The translations under genes were made by a program, and so were the position numbers. Below, piece by piece: positions 1 to 11,060 of a stretch of 64,000 nt of DNA. Origin of the DNA: Octopus sinensis. Lineage: Eukaryota. Every line of letters begins with the position of its first letter. Positions within the stretch are counted from its first letter, which is position 1. The notes under the pieces were generated by a model. It saw only the letters and a program-made list of their open reading frames with translations. It made no database searches and was not told the origin of the DNA. The stretch spans positions 81,654,001 through 81,718,000 of the forward strand of contig NC_043001.1 in assembly GCF_006345805.1 (NCBI RefSeq). The letters run 5' to 3'.

Positions 1-124
1 ATCAGCAACACCACTAGTCATACTAGCACATATACAACTATATCTGTGTTAGGGGTGGGACAAACTTTTTTTTTTGTAGTGTCAAGGGACAAATTGTAAG
101 TGCCTAAGAAGAGCCATTTGTGGT

Positions 125-870
125 ATCTTTTCTTACCATATTTCCGTTGAAATATATGGCTTTTGTTTCAATTAATTTTTTAAATAATGAAGAATTTAGT
201 AAAATAACTGTTGTTATCAAGTTGGTCTTTTGGAACAAAAATTAACAGGAAATTTTTGCAGAAGCTTTTTAACTTAGATTACTTTAATACATTACTTTAA
301 CCCCTTTCTTAACATATTTCTTATTTCTTTATTGCCCACAAGGGGCTAAACATAGAGGGGACAAACATGGACAGACAATGGGATTAAGTCGAATAGATCA
401 ACCCCAGTGCATAACTGTTACTTAATTTATCGACCCCGAAAGGATGAAAGGCAAAGTCGACCTCGGTGGAATTTGAACTCAGAGTGTAACGGCAGACGAA
501 ATACCTATTTCTTTACTACCCACAAGGGGCTACACACAAAGGGGACAAACAAGGACAGACAAACGGATTAAGTCGATTATATCGACCCCAGTGTGTAACT
601 GGTACTTAATTTATTGACTCCAGTGTGTAACTGGTACTTAATTTATCGACCCCGAAAGGATGAAAGGCAAAGTCGACCTCGGCAGACGAAATGCTGCTAA
701 CATTTTTCTTAACACATTTCTGCTAAAATACACTGCTTTTGTTTCAATTAATTTTTAAAATAATGAAGAATTTAGGAAAAATAACTTTGCTATTATCAAG
801 CTGGTCTTCTGGAACATAATTTGACAGGAAATTTCGGTAGGTTTTAATTGAGATCATTTAAAATCGTAAA
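125..870. repeat. Tandem copies of an AT-rich interspersed repeat, possibly piggyBac-MITE related; related copies at about 63140-63540
   Basis: Block TTTCAATTAATTTT..AAATAATGAAGAATTTAG.AAAATAACT recurs at about 160, 740, 63190 and 63400. One copy starts TTAA-CCCCTTTC. Confidence 0.55.
321..704 (-). mobile_element. Two nested tRNA-headed SINEs (S1a variant, Tx1-like tail)
   Basis: Outer copy flanked by a 16-bp TSD, TTTCTTAACA(T/C)ATTTC (305-320, 705-720). Inner copy 505-680 flanked by GGCAGACGAAAT(A/G)C (491-504, 681-694). Both carry the S1 core GGATGAAAGGCAAAGTCGACCTCGG. Confidence 0.8.
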
Positions 871-1340
871 ATTTATTTCACTGGGCAGTCATTGAAGAGA
901 GTCAGCAAAAGAAACAAAAACTATAGAATTTGGGCTTTCCTACTTGGGTGTTAGACCTCCCACCCCAACATCATGCCCTGATCTTGGGGGCATTTAGTGG
1001 AGATTGGTATCCTGCAAATATTCCAGTCATAGTCCTTCACCCCTTCAGTGCATTTCCCAGCCCACAGGCATTGATTAACAGATGTTCATGCTGTGTATAA
1101 ACCTCACCAATCTGTTAGGGTCTATAGGTTTCTTCCCCTAAATACACACACACATGCACGCACGATATAATTGAAGTGAAACAGAACCAAATCAGACAGG
1201 TTAACTCTTTTATCAATCCTTAGACTAATTTAATAATAATATTTAACCACAGGCATGTAACCTGGGTTATCCAAGCTATCTAAAATTATGTGATTGTGTG
1301 CATGTGTGTGTGTTTATATATATATATATATATATATATA

Positions 1341-1720
1341 CTAGCAGTATCGCCCGGCGTTGCTCAGGTTTGTTTCAACCCTTTAGAATTGGAATTTTTG
1401 AAAAGTAAAAATTTTGCATTATGTAGCTTGTTATTCTCTTTAAGTGAACATTTTTCTGGTTGAAATACACCGAAAAATAGTGACACAGCAGTCAAAAAAT
1501 CGTAAAAAGAAAATGGGGATTTTCATAGAAAAAAAGCACCTTTTTGAGGTAAATAATTTTTGGTGTTAACATGGTCTGATTTGAATTTTTTCTTCTACGG
1601 AATGAAGAGCAAGCCTTCTTCTATTATACTCTCAATTTTGGTCAACTTGCGCAGCAGGGTCTTGGAGGAGATAGTGTTAGTTGAAGGCTACCAAACCTGC
1701 CATACACAGACAACTTCAGC

Positions 1721-1727
<7 letters not shown>
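1341..1727 (-). mobile_element. Non-autonomous Helitron-like element inserted in (TA)n
   Basis: Minus-strand 3' end reads CCTGAGCAACGCCGGG (imperfect hairpin), a short spacer, then CTAG followed by T, which is the canonical Helitron terminus. No TIR or TSD. Both flanks are (TA)n. Confidence 0.55.
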
Positions 1728-1768
<41 letters not shown>

Positions 1769-1769
<1 letters not shown>

Positions 1770-1944
1770 TTTATTTAAAGCAGCAGAAAATTCAACAAAA
1801 CCTGTTACACTGAGTTTCCCATTGCCGTTCGTCAGAGTAACAGGTTTTGTTGAATTTTCTGCTGCTTTAAATAAAGCATACTACTCTACCACTGGTATTT
1901 GAGTACTCTTTTTCCACCTTGTTTCACATTTATGTGTTTACTCC

Positions 1945-1980
<36 letters not shown>

Positions 1981-2252
1981 CATACACATACATATATTTC
2001 AGCAATGTAACTACACATGAACTATTGGCGATTTCTTTTCTTTCTTTATACTTTTGCCTTTCTTCTTTCCGACAAAGAGCTATGCTGAAAACATCAAAAA
2101 CTCTCTCTCCTTTTACTGAGTGTCAAACTAATACATTCCTTGTGCACATTCTCTTGTTGTCTGTTATTGTCAATTTTATTGTTTGTTTATTTGAATTGAA
2201 TATATCGGAGTAAACACAGGTTTTGTTGAATTTTCTGCTGCTTTAAATAAAG

Positions 2253-2255
<3 letters not shown>
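1769..2255. mobile_element. Penelope-like terminal-repeat cluster with a perfect 40-bp inverted repeat
   Basis: 1769-1808 is the exact reverse complement of 1837-1876. A further inverted partial copy lies at about 2203-2255. The loop carries CTGACGA..GAAAC on the minus strand. 2020-2200 resembles the element at 20490-20690. Confidence 0.5.
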
Positions 2256-2284
<29 letters not shown>

Positions 2285-2447
2285 CTGTATTCTAACGTGT
2301 ATAAGGAACCCAATTTTGTCAAAAATTAGTTTATATAAATATGGGAGTTTCTTATACATGGATAGTATTATAATCACTTACAAAACTTTTTTTTTCAAAT
2401 CTTAAGCCCTAAATATTAGGGGTTTCCTTATACACATTAAAATACAG
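2285..2447. mobile_element. Tc1/mariner-superfamily (Tc2/pogo-like) MITE
   Basis: About 27-bp imperfect TIRs, CTGTATTCTAACGTGTATAAGGAACCC and GGGTTTCCTTATACACATTAAAATACAG, with TA on both sides. Confidence 0.7.
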
Positions 2448-2825
2448 TATATATACATACACACACAAACACATTTATATATATACATAAGTGTGTGTGA
2501 GAGAGAGAGAATACATATGTATGTGTGGTTGTATATATGTAAATATACACATGTGTTTAAATATTTGGTCTGGTGTCCATTCATTGCCGATGACAACTAC
2601 CAGCAACAACTGAAACTTGCTCAGAATTTATAACCACTTGGCCCAGATGAACACGGGGAGGAGGGAGTGACTCCCCCACAACATATTCTGCATGTGTTCC
2701 ATGTTAGTTTTGAGATATGTTACCAAACTTCCCTAAAGTTACATCTGGTGGGAACAGATTAAAGCCAAAGACATCATAGATATGGGAAACCAGATGTTGT
2801 TGTTAATAACAATAATAATAATAAT

Positions 2826-5184
2826 CAATTCTTTTTTATTGGCCACAAGGGCTGACACGCATGATTACATAAAGGGACAAGACAGGACGAAAGGTTACAA
2901 AGGGTTTTGCCGTTTTTTTTTTAAAAACATCGAGTAAAAATCTTTATAACAACTTATAAAATTCAACAATGAAAAACTCCCAAAAGGGGGAGACGTCTCG
3001 AAAGGTTCCTGGTGGAAAAAACCCTACAAAAGCCAACGGGAGCCTGGTCAAAAAAAGGGGGTGTAGAGAGTCCCCTTTCTTCTCCTTTTACATTACCTTT
3101 TTCTTTGAAATCACAGGCGAAACCTGAGAACTGGTCCATTTATACAGGCCAGTCTCGCACAATTCACCCACCTTTCATAAAACTTGCTATCGGACAGCAC
3201 TTTCCTCTCTAACCTCATCTTCCTTTTCAAGTGAAACTTGAAAAAGTTGATGAGGCCTTGACCAAAGAGGAAAGTGTCTGTCTTTAGCCCTTTCAAACGA
3301 GTCCACCACACGACCTCTTTCGCCACAGCCACTAGGCACAAGAAAACGGCCTCGCCCTCCTTGTTAAAGGAGGTCGGCGGGGCAATCTTCACTATGGATT
3401 CGGCCGATAGTCGGATCCATCCTACACGTGACAGTAGCTGTTCGACATAAACCCATATTTCAGCAATACTCGGGCACTGAACGAGTGCGTGCAGAACAGT
3501 TTCGTCGTCCTGGCAACACCTCGGGCAGGCCCGGCTGACGGCACTTCCGTGCCGGTAGAGTTTATCTCGAACAGGCAGAGCCCCTCGGTAGCACTGCCAA
3601 GCGAGAGACCTCTGGAAATTATCCATCGGCCCCGGCCCGAAAGTCCTCCCGAACAGACCGCACAGTTCGTCATCTTCAATGCCTAGAGTTTCCCCGAGAA
3701 CGTCGTCGCATTTTTCCTCCACTAACCCTCTATAGAACGCTAGAGTGGAGCTGTAACCGACCGCATTGCCCGCCTGGCGGAGGGCGGAGAGGGCTTGACG
3801 GCACTCGAGGTGCCAAGCGCCCTTTCTCGGTCTACGTTTGATCCAGGTCTGCAGTTCCGTCAAAGAGACGAGCTGCGGAAAATCGCGTCTGACAAAAGAC
3901 GACCACACCTGTTCACCGTCTAGGAAGCGCTTGAGATGCCGCAGCCTGAGCGCATGTCTGCGCAACAGTAACCACGGCATTCCAAGGCCTCCGTTCAGCG
4001 GTCGTTGACAGCAGATGGATCGCCTGACCAGTGGCACCTGACCCTTCCACAAAAAGTCGAAGAGCAGACGTACCAGCTTGGCCAACCAGCGGTCGGGACA
4101 AGGGACGACGGTCAAGCGGTAATAGATGACAGATGCGATGTACGCATTCGCCACCTCCGCTCGACCTTTCAGGGACAGCTTCCTCTCGGCCCATTTCTGG
4201 GTGAGACGTGCCACCCTGCTCGTCACCTCTTCCCAGTTCTTATCCACCTGGAGGTCCGGACCGAACCAGACCCCGAGCAGTTTAACGGGTCCGTCTGTCC
4301 AGCGCCCTACGACGCTGTTGGACGGCATGGGCTTGCCTCTCCAGGTGCCCAGTTGCAAGCCCACAGACTTTTCCGCGTTAATCTTTGCCCCTGTCACCGC
4401 TTCGTACTGGTTTAGCGTCTCGCCAATCAGGCCAATGTGCCTGTGGCTCGACACCACCACGGTGACGTCGTCGGCATAAGCAGACACGCTGTTTCCGCCT
4501 CCTAGATCGCGCGGGATACCCCTCAAAGCCTCCAACTTGCGCAGTAATGGATCGAGAGTCAAAATGTACAAGAGGGAGGAGAGAGGGCATCCTTGGCGGA
4601 CCGAACGCGAGATGTCGAACGGTTCCGAAAGGTGACCGTTCACCCGTATCACCAAGCAGATGTTGCTGTATAAAGCAGCGATCCATCCGCGGAAGACTGG
4701 ACCGAAGCCGGCTGCCCTGAGGACAGCTGCCAGGTACCGATGGTCGACCCTATCGAAGGCTTTACTCTGATCCAAGTTGATCAAAGCCCCACCCGCGCCA
4801 GCGTCGTTACCCACCCTCTCTATGATGCAGCGCATGAGATGGAGGTTGTCGTGTATCGACCTGGTCGGCACGGCGCATGTCTGCGTCTTGCCGACCAGCT
4901 TGTCCACGACAAGCGCCAATCTCTTGGCTAGCACCTTGGCCAAAATCTTCAACTCTGCATTGAGCAGAGTGATGGGCCGGAAATTCCCTATAACGTCCCC
5001 CTTGTTTGGGTCCTTCTTTAGCAAAGCCACCACCCCTCGACAGACAAAAGCAGGAATTCTCCCGTTTTGCTGCCAGTTGCAGTAGACGTTTGCCAACAGG
5101 TCCGCAAACAAGTCTGGCATTGAAAAGTAAAGCTCGTAGGGCAGACCATCCAAACCCGGCGATCTACCTCTCGTGCAACTCTTC
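2826..5184 (-). mobile_element. 5'-truncated L1/Tx1-clade non-LTR retrotransposon
   Basis: Uninterrupted ORF2 remnant, a 3' UTR of about 285 bp with AATAAA (2835-2840 on minus), and (ATT)n on both sides. GC- and CpG-rich compared with the flanks. Confidence 0.92.
3111..5184 (-). CDS. Truncated ORF2: reverse transcriptase and C-terminal zinc finger; endonuclease lost by 5' truncation
   Basis: About 690-aa open frame with SPGLDGLPYELY, FRPITLLNAELKILAK, LDQSKAFDRVDH, SVRQGCPLS, YADD and CPRC..ETVLHALVQC, which are L1/Tx1 ORF2 motifs. No true start codon. Confidence 0.93.
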
Positions 5185-5208
5185 AATAATAATAATAATA
5201 ATAATAAT

Positions 5209-5795
5209 CCTTTCTACTAATGGCACAAGGCCTGAAATTTTGGGTTGTGGGAGTGGGAGTAGTCGACTACATTGACCTCCAATACTTGACAGGTACTTTA
5301 TTTTATTAACCCTGAAAGGATGAAAGGCAAAGTGGAACTTGGCAGAATTTGAACTCAGAATGCTGCTAGGCATTTTGTCCAGCGTGCTAATGATTCTACC
5401 AGCTCGTTGCCTCAATAATAATAATCCTTTTTACTACAGGCACAAGGCCTGACATTTTTGTGGGGGAGGATTAGTTAATTATATTGACCCCAGCGTTTCA
5501 CAGGTACTTATTTCATCGACCCCCAAAAAGGATGAAAGGCAAAGTCAACCTCGGTAGAATTTGAACTCAGAACGTAAGGATGGACGAAATGCCACTGAGC
5601 ATTTTTCCCAGTGTGCTAACGATTCGGCCAGCTTGCCACCTTGATAATAATAATAATAATAGTTTCAAATTCTGGCACTAGGCCAGTAATTTCAGGGGAG
5701 GTAGGGGTGGTAAGTCATTTACATTGACCCCAATGCAAAAAGACGAAAGGTAAAGCCAAACTTGCTTGAATTTGAACTAAGAATGTGAGAAGATG
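5209..5795 (-). mobile_element. Head-to-tail stack of three S1 SINEs (5209-5413, 5426-5642, about 5661-5795) separated by (AAT)n
   Basis: Repeated S1 core and B-box-like GAGTTCAAAT on minus. (AAT)n spacers at 5185-5208, 5414-5425 and 5644-5660. Confidence 0.8.
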
Positions 5796-6397
5796 AATGG
5801 AAAATAGTACCATCTTCAGATATGAGGAAAGGTGACAAGAACATCCAGTGATAGAAAAATTGCATAAGTCACCTGACACATGCTGGCATAGAAAAGGGGA
5901 CGGTAAAACAACTATAAAGATTTGTGTGTGTGTGTGTATCTCTCAGCATATCCATCCTTTGATGGATATGGGTTTAATTTCTGCTATTCCCATGGCGGCA
6001 ATGGTTTGAAGGGACGTGCCAAATGGCCTTCTTGATATCACACCTTATCTACTTCCAAGTAAGGCACCTAGTACTTTGGTTTTGTGAACAATGAAACACT
6101 CACTAATCAATCCTGTTTTTCAGACATGAGCTAACGATGATATCATGTCTGCAATGACATTGCTTTTGTGCAGCACATAATGGCAGAACACCATCCATTT
6201 ACTCTAGCCACTATCGATGGGAGGGTCATGGGAGTAGAGTCTTCAGGCACTTCCTCCATAAGGTCCTATCAGAACTGACAGTCATAATACTATCCAGTTA
6301 GATTTCCAAGCATGGCCAACCAAGACAGTGGATATTATACAACCATCTCATTCTTGGTCTACCCCAAGGTCTCCAGCCATGTATACAATTTTGTCTG

Positions 6398-6598
6398 TGT
6401 GTCTATATTTGTCCTCCCACCATCACTTGACAACCAATGTTGGTGTGTTTATGCCCCCCGTAACATAGCGGTTCAGCAAAAGAGACTGATACAATAAGTA
6501 CTAGGCTTACAAAGAATAAGTCCTGGGGTTGAATTGCTCGACTAAAGGCATTGCTCCACCATGGCCACAGTCAAATGACTGAAACAAGTAAGAGTAAA
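6398..6598 (+). mobile_element. S2 SINE 3' portion
   Basis: Matches the S2 tail CTTGACAACC..AGAATAAGTCCTGGGG..GCATGGCCACAGTCAAATGACTGAAACAAGTAA seen in more than 15 copies in the window. Confidence 0.8.
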
Positions 6599-6599
6599 A

Positions 6600-6772
6600 A
6601 GTTATATATATACATATATATGTATGTATATGTATATACATATACATACATATATATGTATGTATATATATATACATATACATACATATATATGTACATA
6701 TATATACATACATATATATGTATATACATATACATACATATATATGTATATACATATACATACATATATATT
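6600..6772. repeat. TA/CA-rich compound microsatellite
   Basis: TATACA/TATATG reiterations; source of the YIYI-type ORFs. Confidence 0.9.
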
Positions 6773-6978
6773 TATGAAGAGGAGGACCGGTGACTGCATC
6801 TCATTGCTGCAAGAGAGAGAAGTCATAGGGCAGCATCCACCTCAGTCCAATCAACAGATTATTGTGGTGACATCTTCAAGCACTTGTATGCTTCCGGCTT
6901 TGGAGTGCAGAGTCACATACACTCACATTGCTGAGACCAAAGACTTAGTCACCGTCGGACACTGAAGAACTACCAACC

Positions 6979-7035
<57 letters not shown>

Positions 7036-7264
7036 ATATATATACACACACATACACAAACCTACACAAATATAAGCGTATATATGTATATATTTCATCA
7101 AAAGATTCAGTGGGTTTATATATACATGCATACAGGTATATCAAGAAACTTACTGAGTCAATATATGTGTGTGTATATGTGTGTATACACACACACACAT
7201 GTATAAATATTTTGTATACACTAACATCAATCTAATTACTGCTGAAATAAAGTACCCCTTAGAT

Positions 7265-7495
7265 GTCTCACCTTTTCCACATGTGTCTCCTTTAAAGTCC
7301 ACATCTGTAGAATTTATGATTAACAGATGTAGAAGTGAGGGCTTTTATCACCAACAGATTTGTTTTTTGATCATCATCGACACCAGATGTGATGGCGTTT
7401 TTGCATTTAATCATCATCACCAGATGTAAATGTTATATATTTGACTCCCTAAAACACACGAAACTTACCCACCCAACATCAAAACTAATTTTGCT
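7265..7495. repeat. Interspersed repeat; second copy at about 12020-12260
   Basis: Shared TTTAAAGT.CACATCTGTAGAATTTATGA..ACAGATG..CATCGACACCAGATGT..CATCAAAACTAATTTT. Confidence 0.7.
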
Positions 7496-7544
7496 CAACA
7501 CATAACTTTAAAAAAATAATTATTTAACACAACAAAGAAGCAGA

Positions 7545-7875
7545 CATAGCTGTGTGGTAAGTAGCTTGCTTACCAACCACATGGTTCCAGGTTCAGTTCC
7601 ACTGCATGGCACCTTTGGCAAGTGTCTTCTACTATAGCCTTGGGCCGACCAAAGCCTTGTGAGTGGATTTGATAGATGGAACCTGAAAGAAGCCTGTCGC
7701 ATGTATAATATATATATATATTTGTGTGTTTGTGTCTGTCTATATGTGTTTATGTCCCCATAACTTAGCAGTTCGGCAAAAGAGACCGATAGAATAAGTC
7801 CTGGGGTCGACTTCTTCGGCTAAAAGGTGGTGCTCCAGCATGGCTACAGTGAAAATGACTGAAACAAGTAAAAGT
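7545..7875 (+). mobile_element. S2 tRNA-headed SINE
   Basis: Head with A-box-like GCTGTGTGG and B-box-like GGTTCAGTTCC, internal TA/TG microsatellite, S2 tail. Confidence 0.8.
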
Positions 7876-8029
7876 GTGTAAGCCTCTTCATGATTGCATA
7901 ATCTGCTAGAAATATCAGTTAAATTTCCCTCAAATCATACCCTATTCTGTCTTGCAAAATAAATAAATAAATAAATAACTAGAAAAAGACATTAATATAG
8001 CTTTAGCTATATTTTCTATCTTTTACCTG

Positions 8030-8400
8030 TTTCAGTCATTAGACTGTGTGTGTGGCCTTGCTGGGGCACCACCCTGAAGAATTTTTAGTTGAATGAATCG
8101 CCCCCCCCCCCGCTTCAAGGCTTATCTTTTTAAACCTGGTATTTACTCTATCAATCTCTTATGCTGAATTGCTAAGTTATGAAGATGTAAACAAACCAAC
8201 ACTGGTTGTCAAGTGGTGGTTGGGGACAAAGACGCACATACATATACGATGGGCTTCTTTCAGTTTCCATCTACCAAATCCACTCGCAGGGCTTTGGTCA
8301 GCCCAAGGCTATAGATGAAACTTGCCCAGAGTGCCATGCAGAGAGACTGAACCTGGAACCATGTGGTTGGGAGACAAGCTTCTTACCACACAACCATGTA
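8030..8400 (-). mobile_element. S2 SINE
   Basis: Reverse-complement S2 blocks (GGGCTTCTTTCAGTTTCC.TCTACCAAATCC; TTTCAGTCATT). Confidence 0.75.
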
Positions 8401-8471
8401 TATACCTATTATAATAATGTTGAAATTTTCAGCCCAAATTTACAACCCAAAAAAAGGGGGGAGGGAGGGCG

Positions 8472-8559
8472 AAGGTAAAGAATACACACACCCGGTGTTT
8501 AGGGTTAGGGTTCAGGTTAGAGTTATGTTGAAAACGGGTGGTGTGCGTATTCTTAACCT
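8472..8559. repeat. Small hairpin element with a TTAGGG-like core
   Basis: Imperfect arms of about 22 bp, AGGTAAAGAATACACACACCCG and CGGGTGGTGTGCGTATTCTTAACCT, around TTTAGGGTTAGGGTTCAGGTTAG. Confidence 0.55.
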
Positions 8560-8699
8560 CTACCAAAAGAAAGGCAGGTGAATTTATACCACAAAATGCC
8601 ATATGAAATGCAAGATTGAGAAAAATTATGATATCATTTGAATATTTACACTATATGCAACATCAAGTTGCATACCCCAAAATATAATTCTTTGAGATA

Positions 8700-8894
8700 T
8701 ATAGGCACAATGCCTGAAATTTGTGGGAGTGGGTAGTCTATTACATTGATCCCCACCAGGGCTTAGTTATTACTTATTTTATCAATCTCATTAGGATGAA
8801 AGTCTAAGTAAAGCTCAGTGCTATAAAGAGATGAAAGGTATTTCCACTAAGCATTTTATCTGACACTTTAATGATTCTGACAACTCACCATCTC
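8700..8894 (-). mobile_element. Degenerate S1b SINE
   Basis: GGCACAATGCCTGAAATTT tail block and GGATGAAAG core. Confidence 0.65.
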
Positions 8895-8921
8895 ATTATT
8901 ATTAATAATGATAATAATAAT

Positions 8922-9178
8922 CGATTCTTTTTATTGGCCACAAAAGGTTTTGTCCGTTTTTCAAAAGAAAAATGTCCGTGTAAACAAGCTTTATAACAAC
9001 GAAAAAAATTCAACAATTTACAAAACTCCCAATAGAGGAGACACTTCGAAAACAGAAAAGGTCTCACGTGGAAAAACCCATAAAAGCCACGGGAGCCTGG
9101 TCAAAAAGGGGGTAGAGAGCCCCTTTCTCCTTTTATAATACCTTTTTTAATTACAGGCGAAACCTCAGAATTGGTCCA
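8922..9178 (-). mobile_element. 3' fragment of the same Tx1-clade LINE family
   Basis: Colinear with 2826-3139. Encodes GPILRFRL* versus GPVLRFRL* in the long copy. AATAAA near the 3' end, with an (ATT)-rich tract beyond. Confidence 0.88.
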
Positions 9179-9180
9179 AT

Positions 9181-9370
9181 CCTTTCTACTGGAAGCACAA
9201 GGCCTCAAATTTGGGGGGAAGGGATTAAGTCGATTATTTGTTTAATTGACCCCAAAAGGATGAAAGGCAAAGTCAACCTTGGCAGAATTTGAACTCAGAA
9301 TGTAGCGGCAGATGAAATACCGCTAAGCATTTCATCCAGCATGCTAATGATTCTGCCAGCTCGAGGCCTT
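9181..9370 (-). mobile_element. S1b SINE, host of the Tx1 fragment
   Basis: Tail CCTTTCTACT..GCACAAGGCCT, S1 core, head ending CCAGCTCGAGGCCTT. Confidence 0.8.
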
Positions 9371-9386
9371 AGAGGTAGTAGTAGTA

Positions 9387-9418
<32 letters not shown>

Positions 9419-9419
<1 letters not shown>

Positions 9420-10016
9420 GCACAGGTGTGGCTGAGTGGTAAGAAGCTTGCTTCCCAACCACATGGTTTTGGGTTCAGTCCCACAGTGTGAAACCTTGGG
9501 CAAGTGTCTTCTGCTAACCTTGGGCTGACTAAAACCGTACGAGTGGATTTGAGAGATGAAAACTGAAAGAAACTTGTTATATATGTGTTTCCCACCACTG
9601 TTTGACAACCAGGGTTTGTTTGTCTACATCCCTATAACTTAACCCTTTCGTTACTGTATTTATTTTGAGATGCTTTGTGTTCCTTTCGATTACTTTAAAT
9701 ATAATAGAGAATTTCGTAAAATAACTTAGTTATCCTTCGGCTAGTGTTAGGAATATAAATTGTGACTAAGGCTTGGTGGAAGATTTTGATTCAAAACTTA
9801 TGAAAACAAGACATTTGTACTCAGAGCCAGAGCCGGTTTCAGCCAGGTTGGTAATGAAAGGGTTAATGGCTCAGCAAAAAAGATTGACAGAATAAATACC
9901 AAGCTAAAAAAAAGGGAGGGAGGGATTCATTGGGGAGGGGGTCGATTTGTTCAAATAAACTCTTCAAAGAGGTGTTCCAGCATGGCCACATTCCAATTAC
10001 TGAAACAAGTAAAAGA
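9419..10016 (+). mobile_element. S2 SINE interrupted by a piggyBac MITE
   Basis: S2 head at about 9419. The tail resumes after TTAA at 9866. Confidence 0.75.
9643..9862. mobile_element. piggyBac-type MITE
   Basis: TTAA TSD (9639-9642, 9863-9866) and TIRs CCCTTTCGTTAC / GTAATGAAAGGG. Confidence 0.85.
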
Positions 10017-10636
10017 TGTCAAACAAAATCTCAGAGGTAACACTGTCCTGAATACGATTCGCAGTTTCAAGGGAAACAAATAACCACATTTAATCCAATA
10101 TTCCACATAGTTTCAGCCATTACGCTGCCCTATCGAAAATGGAATCTACTTTGGTTGCCAGGACAGCATATTAGTTTTCATCAAGTTGCCATAGTAACTA
10201 ACAACAGATTAGGTAATGTATTGATTTTCTGCACTCTTTATGAGGCACACAGCAAAGTTTTTGTTGTTTAGCCCCGGGCCAATCCTGATCCTGTAGATTT
10301 ATGAGCAGATGCATTCTAGCAGTAACCATTGATATCTTTAATTCAGAGAAGATGCATTTGCATTCTGGATTACATTAACCAGTGGATTTAGATTCTTCCT
10401 TTCATTTTAAATCCAATATGGTATAATTTGAGGGAGATTTGGATGTTGTTTCAATTAGATTAAGTAACCGTGTAGTAGTTCTTTGAGGAAGGGGTATAAG
10501 AAACTGTCCTAATACATATTTACTAATATATGTATGCAATATGTGCATGTATATGTTTGTATGTATGTATGTATGCACACAAGTTATTCATGTATGCATG
10601 AATGTAATGTATGTAAGAATGATGCATGTATGGATA

Positions 10637-11060
10637 AGCATGGCTGTATGGTAAGAAGCTTGCTTCCTAACCACATGGTTCTAGGTTCAGTCCCACTGCA
10701 TGGCCACTTGGGCAAGTGTCTTCTCTTATAGCCTCGGACCAACCAAAGCCTTGTGAATGGATTTGGTAGACGGAAACTGAAAGAAGCCCATCGTGTACAT
10801 GTGTGTGTGTAATGTATATATGTATAATATCTATGTGTGTGTCGTTGTGTCTGCGTTTGTCCCCCACCACCACTACACGACAACTGGTGCTGGTGTGTGT
10901 ACATCCCTGTAACTTAACAGTTCGGCAAAAGAGACCGACAAAATAAGTACTTGGGTTAAAAAAAAAGAAAAAGCAAGTGCTGGGGTTGATTCATTCGACT
11001 ACCAATTCCTTAAGGCAGTGCTCCAGCATGGTCGCATTCTAGTGATTAAAACAAATAATA
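10637..11060 (+). mobile_element. S2 SINE
   Basis: Full head, microsatellite and tail arrangement. Confidence 0.8.

Noticed and set aside
3422-5275. Several short ORFs overlapping the Tx1 ORF on both strands
   Set aside because: Shadow frames of GC-rich LINE coding sequence, with no independent motifs.
6927-6961. Short minus-strand exon candidate (TTCTTCAG..AAT|GTGAGT)
   Set aside because: Short pyrimidine tract, weak exonic donor bases and an uninformative peptide.
6507-7235. ORFs rich in YI, VC, HT or IYLS (also about 23900-25960, 38300-38600, 53000-53700)
   Set aside because: These are translations of TA, CA and TAGA microsatellites, which lack stops by construction.
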